DNA of 64,000 nucleotides from contig CM039003.1 in the NCBI GenBank assembly GCA_017499595.2, positions 2,418,001 through 2,482,000 of the forward strand, in the 5' to 3' direction. The notes beneath the pieces were generated by a model that had not been told where the DNA came from, did no database searches, and saw nothing but the letters and a program-made list of their open reading frames with translations. This stretch comes from Psilocybe cubensis (Eukaryota). Shown in pieces: positions 25,120 to 37,303 of this stretch (position 1 is the stretch's first letter; each line of letters opens with the position of its first letter). The translations under genes and the position numbers were made by a program.

Positions 25120-28100
25120 ATGGACCTCCAGGTTCTATCACAACTCTTCGCTACGACATACAACCCCGATCCCAATGTTCGCAAAGCTGCTGAGCTCGAG
25201 ATTCGCAAGGTGGGCTTCTTCTCCAGTCTTCCATGCATCATAACCTCCCGAGTTTTCATTCGAGCTGCATGGCCGAAATCTTCGAGATTGGATGCCTTAG
25301 CTTTCTGGAATTAGGTAGATTACTCATCTGATACATTTTTTCTACTGCAGATTGGAAACCAAGATGGCATGATTTCGTCCATTCTCAGAATCATAGCAGC
25401 TGATAACATCGATCTGTGTGTACCAGACGCGTTTTCAACAGTCATGCCACTTATATGTATCTTTATTCCACAGTGCCACACGCCAAGCATGCGCCGTATG
25501 GCTTAAAAACCGGATTCATAATTCATACTCTATTGAAGTTTCGCGTAGACCAGATGTTGTCGTGATCGGCCCTAGTGAACGCGAGGCCCTTCGCATCAAT
25601 ATCCTCCCTCTCCTCGCTGCCTCACCCTCACGAAGTATCTCACTTCAGTTGGCAAATACCCTCAAATCTGTTGTAGCACATGATTTTCCCGCCAACTGGC
25701 CTGGCCTTGTCCGCGAAATTAAACAGCTGCTTGTCAGCTCAAATGTCAGGGAGGTTCATGCCGGATGCATTGCTACTTTGGAAGCTGTTAGAGCGTTCCG
25801 ATTCAGACAAAAGCATGATGCTTTGCCAGTGATTGTGGAGGAATTGTTCCCCACACTTGTTAGCATTGCTACTCAAATGATGCAACAACCACCGAGTGCC
25901 GCTCAGGACATCCCAACAATGCTCCATCTCATACTCAAAGCCTATCGCACCACAATCGTTATCAACCTCAGTGCCCATCAGCAAAGTGCAACCAGTCTTG
26001 TACCCTGGGGACAACTTCTCTTTTCAGTTGTGAATTTAAGATTGCCCAAGGACGCCGTACCCGAGGATATCGAAGAAAGAGAGAAGTGTGAATGGTGGAA
26101 AGCCAAAAAATGGGCATACGCTGTTTTGGGCAGGCTTTTCCACAGGTATTATCGTTCCTTCAATTTTCAACCTACTCTTATTGTTTCTACAAAAGATATG
26201 GAAATCCTTCACAAATGCCATCTACCCTCCAAGTTGACTACATCGAATTCGCAAAGCACTTCATTGTCGCTTTTGCTCCTGAAATTCTTAAAATATACTT
26301 CCAACAAGTGGAATTATACGTCTCAAATCAAGAATGGCTTTCGAGCAAATGCCAATACCAAATCTTCCAGTTTTTCACAGAATGGTAATTCATTCTTATT
26401 CGTCATCGTGTGCTGTCCCTGATAACAAATTCTTGAAGCGTCAAGCCAAAATCCACATGGGTTCAACTCAAGCCTCACTTTGACAGCCTAGTGTCGAACT
26501 TCGTCTTCCCTCAGCTTTCTTTCAATGAGCAGAGACGTTCGCTATGGGAGAGCGACCCCGTCGATTATGTTCGCGTTTCAGTAGGTATGGAAATTTGAAA
26601 GTATGTATGATTTGCACCTCTTGACACATTGCTTGTACAGATGAATATGAGACATTCACGACCCCTGTTGCAGCAGCTACCACTTTCCTTCTTGCACTCG
26701 CTGGAAATAGGACCAAGGCCACTTTTTTGCCTATCCTCGGATTCATCAATTCCATTCTTCGTGTCCACGGTCCTCCCGAACAAAGGTTCGGTGCCCTCAA
26801 CATGACCGCCGCTTTGGGTCGCCAGATTATGAAGCATCCTGAAGTGAAGAATAATATGGAACAATTCATGCTACAATTCGTCAGCCCTGAATTAGAAAGC
26901 CCTGAGCCATACCTGAGAGCTATTGTAAGTTTGCTTTACCGGATACCTTTTTCTGCTTTTATGACATCGTCTTGTCAGGCTCTCGAAATATTAGGAACCG
27001 TAACGAAACAGGGGCTTGTTTGGTCCTCTGAGGAAACCTTGAACAAACATTTCCAGGCTGTTTTCCGCGCGCTTGATGATAATGAATTCCCCGTCAAGGT
27101 TCAAGCCGCTCTGGCTCTAACTGAAATGATCATCGCCCATGAGTCTGGTAAGCACACATTGGGTTACAATTATTTGCGAAATGGGACTGATCATTTCCCC
27201 TGCCCTCTTGTACCTCATTTCATCGTTACCGGCGGTATTCGTTATCGACCCTTTTGTGATCTCCGCCGGCACATCTTGTTAACTTTCTATCCACATGAAC
27301 TCATGTAGTTCGGGTCGCTGTCGCACCCCAGGTCGGCAAAGTCATCCAAGGTATGTACCCTATAATGCCCTTTTGTGCTCATCTAACATTTTACTTGCTC
27401 TCTGTTTAACTTTTGCGCTATATTTGCTTGACTCTTTGTCCCCGTTTGTTTAACTTTTCTTTCGTCACCGTTGTTCCTGTTCATCATCTACATCATGGCA
27501 TTTCATTCATAGATCTTCTCAAAATGTCCGATGAGACCGACTTGGACATCCTCAACAACAGCATGGAGGTCATGGTTGACCAATTCCAAAACGAGCTTCT
27601 TCCTGTTGCAGCCATGCTCACCGCTCGCCTCGTAGGTTTCCGATATACAAATCGTTGTTCCTATTTTTACGATAGTCATTCATTTAGTGTGAATCTTACA
27701 TGAGACTTGCCAGAGAAAGCGCAGTTCATGATCACCTTGAAGACAATGCCGATCTCGACACTCTCCTTTCTGATGTGGATGATGACAAGACCTTTGCGGC
27801 TATGGGTGTTGCCAAAACCATCAGCACCGTAAGTTCAAGATTTCATCAGAGCATGAGTTTCAGGGTACTGAAGTTTCTGTCCTTCATAGATCATTTCCTC
27901 TATCGATAGTTCGCCTGAAATTCTTTCTCAGATCCAGGAAATTGTGATTCCTATCATTGTGTTCACCCTCGAGAACAGGCTTCTTGGTCAGTAATATACA
28001 TTATCAATTTGTTATATGACTTACCGTAAATGTTACAGACTTGTTCGACAACATGTATGAGCTGGTCGACAGTTTGACCTACAAACTTCGATCCATCTCA

Positions 28101-29493
28101 CCATCTATGTGGCCTGTGTTCGAGTTAACATATAGACTATTCAAACATGAAGCAGTCGATTTCCTCGAGGGTATGTGGCGAGAAACCACCAGTGATTTGC
28201 GGTAGCTTATAGTCATTTCAGAAATGTTGCCTTCTCTCGACAACTTCCTTTCGTATGGCGCTGATGTCATCAAGGCCCGCCCTGAGTATAAGCAGATGAT
28301 GGTTGACATCTATACTACCTCCATCACGAATGAACAACTTGGAGAAAACGACCGCGTCAACGGTTCCAAACTCGCCGAATCTTTGTTGCTCAATCTGCGT
28401 GGGGGCGCCGACGACGTGAGTTTACCTTAAAGTATGGATGGTTCATTTGAATGACACTGTTTTTTTACCAGTACCTCCAACCAATTATTGCCACTGCTCT
28501 CTCTCTCTTGGATAAAACAGAGACCCCTGCACTCCGTCTTGCTAATCTTGAAGTTCTGATCAACGCAGTTCTCTACAACCCTTCTGCAGCCCTGCACCTT
28601 ATGGAAGCATACAAACCAGGAATGGCGCGTCTTTTCTTCGATCGGTGGTTTGTTGCCATCAATACCGATAACCGTCTCCCTCGCGTTCATGACAAGAAAT
28701 TGAGTCTTTTGGCACTTTGCGCTCTTATGGAGATGCCCCCTGACTCCGTGCCTGAAACTGTGCGTGATGGATGGCCGGGCATCGTTGGTGGCGCTTTAAA
28801 GATCTTTAAGACTTTGCCAAAAGCAATCGAAGGTCTGTTCATTATCCTTCCCCGGTAACGTATCAATTACTCAACTTATTATCAGATCGCAAGAGGCTTG
28901 AAACTCTTCTCCAAGAGGAATCTGATGAGGAGGATGACAATGAAGAATTAGCTTTGAACTTGGAAGGCGACGATGGTTCGTTGTTTATCTTTCTTGTTTA
29001 TGATCACCGGCTCAAACTTCCGTACTTTAGAGGATGTGTGGGATGAAGACTCCGCTTACATGGAAATGCTTGCACGAGAGGTATATATTTACTCACGTTT
29101 CTCTCAGGATCGTGTCTTCTAATCTTGTTGTCATATCAGGGTGCCCGACTTCGAGAAAAATCAGAAAATGAATCTAATCTGGAAGAAGAGGACGAAGACG
29201 AAGACGATGAGGATGAGGACGAAATTGACGAGGAGCTAGGCTATATTAGTCCTTTGGAAAACATCAACCCATATGTATCATTCAAGCAAGCTCTGACCAG
29301 TAAGATTGGCTTTACCTGCGGTGTCTGTTCTTATTCTGTCTTGTCTAACTGAGCCACTCCTTTTTTTGTAGCTTTCCAAATGCAAAACTCCCCGAGCTAT
29401 CAAGCGGCCACTACAGTTCTTGACATTGAGCAACAGACTTTGCTTATGGAAGTCATGCGAATAGCCGAGCAGGAACAGACCCCTTCATCCTAA
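25120..29493 (+). CDS. NMD5: Importin-beta family karyopherin, Nmd5/Sxm1 (importin-7/8-like)
   Basis: DPNVRKAAELEIR, QACAVWLKNR, HDFPANWP, WWKAKKWA, RVHDKKL, acidic C-terminal tracts; many exons. Confidence 0.85.
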
Positions 29494-29890
29494 ACTAAGG
29501 AATCTGATGGATGACTTAGTTTTACAGCGTGTGTCTTCTGCATGGCGGTTGTTGCTATCTTCCCCTCTTCTATTCACTTTTTTGTCCCGCTTTCCGACTC
29601 TTTCCATGTTTTATAACGCCATCATGAATTTATGACCTTGGATTCTTACCGTTTACTCGGTCCGTTATACCCGCGGATTTCTGGTTTGAACGTTCTTACT
29701 GTCAACGATATTCAACGGATTCCTTCCACCTGACCCTTCTTTTATCTCTCACTACACCCGCTTCCAGCGTATTTTTTCTGCTAGTTCAGGTGATTGTTCT
29801 TAATATTTAGCTACATGCAGATTGTCCTGTTTACCTACTTAAACAAGTCTGCTGCAAGTGTGATGAACTGCATGCGCGTCAATTCAGGAC

Positions 29891-29911
29891 TTTTTTTTTA
29901 AAAAAAAAAAA
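29891..29911. repeat. T9-A12 abutting homopolymers (self-complementary)
   Basis: Nine T followed directly by twelve A, read from the sequence. Confidence 0.9.
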
Positions 29912-30989
29912 CAATGACGGACCGCTCGGAACCGCAACGACATTGCTTATGGCTGATTATGGAAGGAACGTAAGTGGGTGGGTCATACTCTATGTCTTCT
30001 AGTTGACGGCTATGTGCAATCCTTCCACAAACACTCTGGCAATTCGCAATTCAAATTCATTGGGTTTGAATCCGGAAAAAATGTTCTGGCTTTTGACTTT
30101 TTCCCTTGCAAGCTTGCGCCTTGATAATCTCACAAACGCTACCTAGTACGTCCATTCATAACCTCACTCAACGTCTTCTATATAACTGGCCAATGGTTAA
30201 GTCAGACGTTAGACGACAACGCAAACCTCAAAACGGCAATCCAAAAAGGTGTATACTCAACCGCAATTTATAATTGCGTCATGCAGTGGTGCGCGTATGC
30301 ACCTTCTGGTTGAAGTTCTATGCATGCGTGAGTGCGAATTGTACTAAACATATATTTTGATAAATTTACCCACACTCGCTGGTTCGCCACTGGGAGAGCT
30401 GCTAGATAGATTTGGCTTTCTATATATCCAATTTTTTTTTTCAGTCACACAGCATTTTTATGATATCCTTGCTTCCACAAGGACGTCACTGACGCTATTT
30501 ATGCTCCTTTTCTGTGATCGTACGATAATGCGGCCTATTCATTAAGTGTTAAAACTAACCTAAATGGGCTACAAAATCCACGAAACAAAATTAGCGCCCA
30601 CAAACAATACGACCACTTGCACATCGATGGAATCGCCACTTCCTCAGCGGTTATTTACTTGGTTTTCTAAAATTTCCACCCTGATAACACATTACGACTC
30701 AGTATCGCACCAATGATGAATATTTTCACACTGGTGCGATGTCGCTGATTTCGGAGTCCACTTTGTCATGGGAGACGGTGGGCATGTCACACAAGCTCAA
30801 TCAAGATCGCATCATATATAGGTCGGTCATAGGTTCTTCCCTTGGTCAATGAAGGTCCGCTGCTCTCTAAAATTAATGGGACCAAAATTTGGCTACCTTA
30901 CTCGGGCACCTACTGCACTAAGTGCTATGGCTATTTAATAAATTGATATCATGTTATTGAATGACCTCGTCACTCTGCCTTAATAGGAA

Positions 30990-31810
30990 CACCAACTTTT
31001 GTGGTCTTGAAGTGGAACCTCGTAATCCGCTTGTTGGTGATTTCAATCAGTACCCATCTTTGCATCGACTTATGGAGACCTGGCTCCGGGCCCACAATGG
31101 CTTCAAAGGCGCAGACAGCAAGCAACCATAACTGGCATATCATTCAATATTTGGGATGGCACAAAAGGGTATGCAATAATAACCTCGGGGGTGTTTTCAC
31201 ATCATTTACATTCACTCTAAACTCTACCTTTTCCAACAATATTTATGGGGTTCCATGTATAATTGGTCGCTGACACTTGACGGTCGTGCCCTGGCTCTGT
31301 TTCCTGTGCAGAATAATGGTAATTGTAGGCTTTATTCGGATACGAATGTTACGCCAACGATTCCATTACCACACTCACCCACAAGGCCTAAGACTCGAAA
31401 GTAACGTTGTGTACTTGTCGGGTAATCTTCTTTCAGAAATCATAGGCTTCATAACGATTAGAAATCAATCCCTTTGGATTACAGTCGTCAATGGATCAAT
31501 ACATCCGTTTTCATTGATATCCATTATGGCGGATAGCGGAAGCCTTAGTGGCATTGAAACCAAGAGTCCACACGAACTTCCCGTACTTCGTCACAGACTC
31601 GTGTTGTATGTATTCAGAATCTGGTTTGCAACACTATATCAAGTCGGGGCGGTGGAATCAACGACTAAACGAGTCGAGTTCAAGCTATATTTGGACAGCT
31701 TTTCGTGGCTCTTTCAGTTCCTTTTATGAGCCAAGGTACGCATAGTGATAGCGCATTTCAAGATAGGGTGCGTTCAACTTTTGGCAAAGTACAAGCCACC
31801 AATAGAAGCG
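30990..31810 (+). pseudogene. Possible decayed coding relic
   Basis: Protein-like fragments in alternating frames (RIAEALVALK..NFPYFVT; KRVEFKLYLDS) interrupted by stops. Confidence 0.2.
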
Positions 31811-31879
31811 ATGACGTTCAAGGCGGCATGTGGTCATAGTCATCCATACCTAGTTTATTAAAGCCTGGGAGAGCCTGGT

Positions 31880-33786
31880 TCACCGTTTGCGTGGGGCCGT
31901 CGATGCGCTGCCTGTTCCCGCGCCAGCTCTAGTGCTTCGTGTCTTAGTAGGTTTGCTGGGCGCCTGGGAGCGATCGTCCTCTCGATGTTGCTGCTGTTTC
32001 CCTTTCAGTTTCGATGGTACCGCTTCCCGTACCTTCTCCTTCTCGGATTCCTGGGGTCTCCAATCCCGGAATTTCCGACGAGAAGCGCTGCTTCCACTTT
32101 CTGCATATTCTGCCCTTGTGACTACATGGCTGAGGAAGCCGTCATCCATGGCGAAGTTGTATGCCGATTTATAAACTTCCGTGATGGGGCTGCGCAGTCG
32201 GGTAAGGAGAATCAGAATGAATGCAAACTAAAGAGTGTTGTGGAATGAGGGTACGAGTATTAAGAACGAATACGTACTCCTCGCATTCGTATATGACCAC
32301 CTCGCATTCGACCGGTGCTAAGCTTCGCAGTTCAGACAAACTATTGGAGTTTATATTAATTGTTCTTTACTCAGGCTGTCACAAGGTCACTTACAGTCGG
32401 TCGCGAAACCCAGAGAACTTCGTATTCCCCCCTATTAGACCAATATTAGCCCAAAACATGCCCTGCAAATCAGTGGGAAGAAGTGATATCGAATGGGCGA
32501 TCGTAGAAGACAGTCCCGCCTGGTCTAATCCTAAGAAAAGATGAAATTTCATCAGAATCGAGAAGAAAAAAATGAATCATAAACACCGTGCTACCTATAT
32601 CATCAGGACGAAATAAAAGCTCGGGTACTGTAAAGCGTTCATTGTTCATGACCAGAATTTGATCGGTTTCGGTGATAATGTCGTCCGGTTGGCGAATTCG
32701 TCCTTTCCGATTCGTCGACAAGTCAGGAAGGACGTATTCTTGAACGATTGGGTTGCGCTTCGGATCTATTCTGCCTGGGTACGTTAAAATTTCTTGCACC
32801 ACGAAGGCATAGCAAAAGGAGACTCGGAGTGCTTACCGACATGTTTCTGTATCCTGTTGGAAATTAGTGGACACAAAACAGCAAGACTCTTTAACGTGAT
32901 TCATGATATAGGTCTCGTCCATCATGTTCCACTGACGAAAGGAGACTAGTTCTTTCAGATGGTTAGTCAGTAGCTTCCCGCCGACGTCAAGCCTGTTTAT
33001 TCGTAGATTAGGCGTACGAAGTTGTTTCTCGTACTCAGATGAACTCTACCTCTTGACCACATTCCAGACAATTTTACCGTCGATCATAGGGATAACATGC
33101 GTGAAGCTAAATCCTGAATCGACAACGATCATGCAATCAGGAGGCGGAAGTCCTGGCTGAGAGAAGAGCTGCCCATATGGAATCAATGATGCAGCTAGAT
33201 GGATTCAATCAATGTAAAGAAAGGTAGACCTGACACCTGATGATCACGTACGAGAGCATCGATAATACGAACTGAACTCGTATTCTTCAAATATCAGCTG
33301 ATCATAGATGTCTTGTATATTGGGCAAATTGAAGTAAGGTTCCGTGATCAGCAGAGACGATTGGGTAGTATCGACCTATTGCGCAGTTTAATATACGCCT
33401 TAGAAAGGGGTTCGACGAGAATATTTTACCCCTAAGACTTCGTCTGAAAATATGCCATCCCATATGGCCTTTTGGGCATCCCAGTCAACGAGATAGCCCT
33501 ATGCGATGATGAGCCGACGTCCGTGGAAATATTTGCCAGCGGTTCAGACCTTCTCGAAAGGGAGACGATAGTGCAAAGATGAATAATCCTCGCAACGTGC
33601 TATCTCGTGCCCAAAATACGACATCTTGTCTCCCTTGGACCGCACGACTGCATTTGAAATGATTCTGGACAGGCATGGACTTAACGGATGCGCTGTAGAT
33701 ACTTGCGTGGCCTACCTTGGTTCAGGACCGAGGCCTACCTTGATTGTAGAGGCGCCGTTGTCGAGGACGATCACGGGCGGTGGCAT
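31880..33786 (-). CDS. ARP6: Actin-related protein 6 (SWR1 complex)
   Basis: [83 protein letters not shown]. Confidence 0.95.
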
Positions 33787-34248
33787 GTTGTGGTGTGGTT
33801 TGGTGCAGAGCCCGAAAGAGATGTGCCTGAGGAAGGCGTGGGAAGAAATGGATTCTATTCTTGATCATGATCGTTCTCTTTGCACGTTTCTTTGACTGAC
33901 TGTTACATTCATTCGTCCACGGTGCAAGAACTCGAGTCTACTTTCTACAGGATCATCTACTCTTCGACTTCTTTAACATCCCCTTCTTGAGCTTCTTGGG
34001 TCCTAGCTGTGTGCTACCACTTCGCGAACGCCCAAATTTTCGTTCGTTACTCTCCGCGAGTCCATCCGAAATATCCTAAGCAGGCCTAACCTGCCATCTG
34101 TATGGCAAGCCTCCCTGCTTTTTCACTTTAATAAAACTAAAGCCACGGATTTTGCGCTATTCTCTGCTTCCTCTGGTCCCGCCCTCGGATTAACGACCGG
34201 AATCTTCCTCGTCTGTGGCGTCCCGTTACTTGACAAGTATTTTGGGCT

Positions 34249-35409
34249 ATGTGCATAGGAATCTGGACCGTAGAGCATCCTGAGTATGCGCTGTGAGTTT
34301 TATGTCTCGTTTGATCGTTATGGTGCTGTTATCTGCTTCAACGTCGTAATTTGGGGCCCATTACACTTGACTGTCAAGAAATGCTCACAATGTCTAGGAT
34401 TCTCTTCACAAACCGCGACGAGTTTCTTGACAGGCCTACTCAAGATGCCCATTTTCATTCATTCGGGGACGAGTCCAATCCAGACAGCTCGGCGCAAATC
34501 CTATCAGGTCGCGATGTTCAGGCTGGTGGATCATGGTTTGGAATCAATCGGTCCGGCAGAGTTGCCTTGTTGTAAGCTATGCCTTATCGGTTAAGGACGG
34601 ACAGATAACCATATACTATATCCATCCTAGGACTAATATTACTGAACCCGCGAAGACTTACAATACGTCTAGGGGCTACTTGGTTTCCTCCTTCCTACTG
34701 TCTGATTCGTCTCATCCGTTACAAGATGAAATTGGGAAGATAATACCGGAGGATGCTCTATTCGCCGGGTTTAATCTTCTCCTCTTGGCACCTACTTTGA
34801 ACGAGAATGGTACTATTCGATACGATTCCCTCTTCGTTACGAACCATGGCGGAGGCGGAACTCTTACGTCCCGGCCCCTTCATCCCAACGAACTTTCGTC
34901 TGGAGCTATGTCGAATGGGATAGATGGAGAAGGCGCAGAGCTCTGGCCCAAAGTGCGACATGCCACCGAAGATTTTAATGCTACCCTCCATACTCTAGCT
35001 CCAGGCCAATCAGAGTCCGAACTCACAGAACATCTTTTTGAGTTACTTGCGTGGGTACTTCTCTTTTCCAAATCTCTTTCCGAGATCTTGTCTGAGAAAT
35101 TTCTGACATACTGAGATTTCTCCGAGAAGCTGGCATCCTACGACTTCGATCGTCGAGCGCAAAGAACTACGGAATACTATTCAAGTTCTGCCCATTCCTC
35201 TTATGTTGGAAGGGTCAAGTAATCTAACCCCAAGATATTATGGGACACGTCTATCAACTGTACTCCTTGTCAAGAAGAACGGAGATGTCCTATTCATCGA
35301 ACGAGACATTTGGAAATTAGTAGACGGACAACCGGTCAAGCCGGTTCCCCCCACTGAGCGTAGTTTTCGATTCAAGCTAGACATCAAGTCCAGTGCAAAC
35401 AAGAATTAG
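34249..35409 (+). CDS. NRDE/TANGO2 family (DUF833) protein
   Basis: N-terminal MCI, NRDEFLDRPT, GRDVQAGGSWFGINRSGR, YYGTRLSTVLLV, FIERD. Confidence 0.93.
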
Positions 35410-35641
35410 GGTATGTACAGTAGGCTACAATCGCGTGTTATAAGTAACATATTTGTTGCCGAGGGTATACATGTACGGGGAGGGGGATGGGGGGAGGGTT
35501 TTGAATAACACGGGCACCAAAAAAAAGAACATGACAGCGGTAAATCAAGATGGCAAGTTAGTAAGACAGATGAGTAGCACCGCAAGTGTCCATAGTACAT
35601 ATAAGATAGTGAAAGCGAAGGGAGGACAACGACACACGGCT

Positions 35642-37303
35642 TTAGCTCATGACGTGGTTTACTGCATAAACCCCATGGTGATCTGGTGCCGGGAAGTAGG
35701 AGTTGAATCCAGCAGCAGCCATATGATTCCACTCTTGTGGCGAGACTCCTGGGGAGCCTGTGTGGAATGATGCATGCCCGCTTGAAGCGGACAACGGAGT
35801 CATGATTTCGCTATCTGAGGCGGGCCCACTGTCATAAGAACTTGCGAGGCCTGGGCTGTCAGTGCCGCTGCTGAAGAAAGGATCGGTCGAAATTTAATTG
35901 TAAACTAAAAGAAGAAAGGAAAACCGACGTACTGCAAGGTATTATTTAGTTCTACAATGCGTCGGAACAACGTGCACTGTGTATTTGAAGGATGATGAGC
36001 ATACTGCCGCAGCGAGCCGAGAGAGCTTGAAAGTGTCTGAGAGAGTTGGACGTAGGTGATGTTTACTGCGGGATTTGAACGACATGAGCAAGCAAAATTG
36101 CCTTGTGGCGGAGAGTTGTTGACACTGTATTGGTCACTGTATCCATTATTCCCATCGTCGCTGTTGGATAATGGGTATTGAGTAGTGCCGCCGCCACCAT
36201 TCTCGGTATAGGATGATGGAGCAGAGCCAGTGTTCCCGTTTCCATTGGAGTACTGTCCATTACTCCCATGATAGGTAGTGCCGTTCCCGTTAGTCCCTCC
36301 ATTATTATAATTATTAGCTGAGCGCGGGTCGGTCTCAAATGACGGTGAAGCGTCCCCTCTAACATCTGCCTGGAATGTATGATATCGCATGGAAGGTGCT
36401 GGGGACGGTGAGAAGCGATATAGATGAGAATTGGTCTCAGCAACAGGCTCCGTTTTAATGGGACTCAATAGAGAGTGGACCGCGCGCCCATTTCGAAGTA
36501 ATTCTTCTGGAGGCTGCGCCTGCCCCGTTTGCGGGGAAGTTAGTCCCGCCCTTTTTTGCATCGACGCACACTTGGACGCGCGTGAATGCCACTTTTCGTT
36601 GGGATCACCATCTCGAAAGGTGCTCTCAGCCCATCGAGGATGTGGTTTCCCTGGGCAAAACCAAGAAAACAATTAGGCAATGATTATAATTTCAAAAACA
36701 TAAGGCGTACCTCTGAGCTCGCGAACCAGTGATTCTAGCTCTGCGATACGATTCCGTAGACGCGTACTTTCGTCGAGAGATGGGTCATCTCTGGAAAAAA
36801 TAAGGATCCCGAATATGAATGTCGGAAAAATATATTGTGGGGTAAATAAAATATACCTCAGGGCGGGGTCGTCTATTTCATATACACATAGCCCAGTCTG
36901 AAGACGATTGGGGTAAATGACTGACGGGGAAGTACAAGACGCGACAGGGATTTACCAGACCGAGCTGAATGCAGCGCTGACAAGGACGCTTTCGATCGCA
37001 CTGGAAGAAGGCGCGTCCATTAGCCCATGGCCAAGGTCAGCGAGGACTGTAATGAGCGCACCTTTCTTTTAGATGTGTGGCAGTTGAGACAGCTCTGGGT
37101 AGTCCTGTTCCTCCTCCGCTTCCTATTTTTGGGTGATTAACGGGCGTAGAGGGGACCAACGGTTAATTAGTCGGCTAGTTAAGAGAACGATGGCGAGTTG
37201 CGGTCTGAAGGAATACTAACCTATGGTCAGTATCGATGGTGAATTCCAAATCCATTATTTCGCCCTTGAGTTGTAGAGGTTGGAAGGACTCTGAAGTCAT
37301 CAT
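35642..37303 (-). CDS. Zn(II)2Cys6 transcription factor
   Basis: RRRNRTTQSCLNCHTSKRK|CDRKRPCQRCIQLG|LTGLCVYE, coiled coil RLRNRIAELESLVRELR, low-complexity C-terminus. Confidence 0.92.
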
